This document shows, one piece after another, positions 63,134 through 64,000 of a DNA stretch of 64,000 bases. The notes below the pieces were generated by a model. It ran no database searches and was not told where the DNA came from. It saw only the letters and a list, made by a program, of their open reading frames with translations. Location: NCBI RefSeq assembly GCF_009914755.1, contig NC_060926.1; one strand, 5' to 3'. The stretch comes from the human T2T-CHM13v2.0 reference genome, Homo sapiens. Each line of letters begins with the position of its first letter. Positions within the stretch are counted from its first letter, which is position 1. The position numbers were made by a program, and so were the translations under genes.

Positions 63134-63454
63134 GTGTTACATTTTTAATATCTTTGCCTTTGATTTTACTTCATCCAGTACAGTTTTTTTTAAATTTGCA
63201 TTTGCACTATTGCTCTTTGCCCATCCTTTTAGCCTTTTGAGTCACTTTACTCAAGTGTTAGTAACATCTGAATTTAACTTTTTTCCCACCCAATCTGAAG
63301 GTCTCTCTTTTGAAACAAATTTATTCCATTTAAGTTTACTGTTGTAAATGTTTGGTTTAAATTTTATTATTTTGGCTTTTTTTCATTCTGATGTATTTAT
63401 TAAATAAAGGTGTGTTCAACTAAATTTCATTTCAAAGTAAGGAGAGGGGTGAAT

Positions 63455-64000
63455 TTCTTGTGCGTGGTAAAAAACACATACCAAAAAATTCCCTTCTTAA
63501 CTGTTCTTAAGTGTACAAGTCAATAATGTTAAATGTATTCACACTATGTTGAAACCAATCTCCAGAACTTTTTCATATTGCAAACCTGAAACTCTATACC
63601 CATTGAACAACAACTGCCCTTGTCCCCGTCCCCCAGCTCCTGGTAACCACTATTCTGCTTCCTGTTTATGAATGATTACCTTAGATACCTCATATGAGTG
63701 TAATCATGCAGATTTGTCTTTTTGTGACTGACTTGTTTCACTTAGCATAAGATCTTAAAGATTCATCCATATAATCCATGTAGCATGTTATAGGATTTCC
63801 TCCCTTTTTAATTCTGTATGATATTCTACTGTTTACATATACCACATTTTGTTTTTCTGTTATTCATTGATGGACATTTGGGTTGTTTCCACCTTTTAGC
63901 TATGGTAAATAGTGCTGCTGTGAACATGGGTATGTAACTGTCTTTTTGAGACCTTGCTTTCAATTCTTTGGGATACATACCCAGAAGAAGGATTGCCAGA
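63455..64000 (-). mobile_element. L1MB 3' UTR (runs off the window)
   Basis: aatctccagaactttttcatattgcaaacctgaaactctatacccattgaacaacaact. Confidence 0.8.

Overview
Human (or great-ape) genomic DNA from inside the + strand gene ALMS1 (Alstrom syndrome centriole/basal-body protein). Six coding exons can be reconstructed with canonical AG/GT boundaries and one continuous reading frame: 864-1105, 15913-16038, 31356-31526, 38310-38444, 40062-40232 and 53354-54516. These are most likely exons 11-16; the numbering is from memory. About 97% of the window is intron, and most of that is transposon-derived: a full-length but inactivated sense L1PA (probably L1PA4), large older L1MA/L1MB/L1ME remnants, a complete two-LTR MST/THE1 MaLR, solo LTRs, about 20 Alus, L2/MIR and Tigger/hAT DNA transposons. 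Almost all ORFs in the supplied track are repeat artefacts. The most interesting signal is that exons 13, 14 and 15 are an ancient tandem triplication of one ~171-nt phase-1 exon with its flanking intron, including an upstream L2. Exon 14 has lost its ancestral acceptor and uses an AG 24 nt inside. Also noted: an in-frame 90-nt candidate cassette exon in intron 13, a weak exon-16 donor with a short read-through C-terminus, and an extended antisense L1 ORF0. I see no evidence for a wholly new multi-gene system. Repeat subfamily names and boundaries are by eye and approximate.
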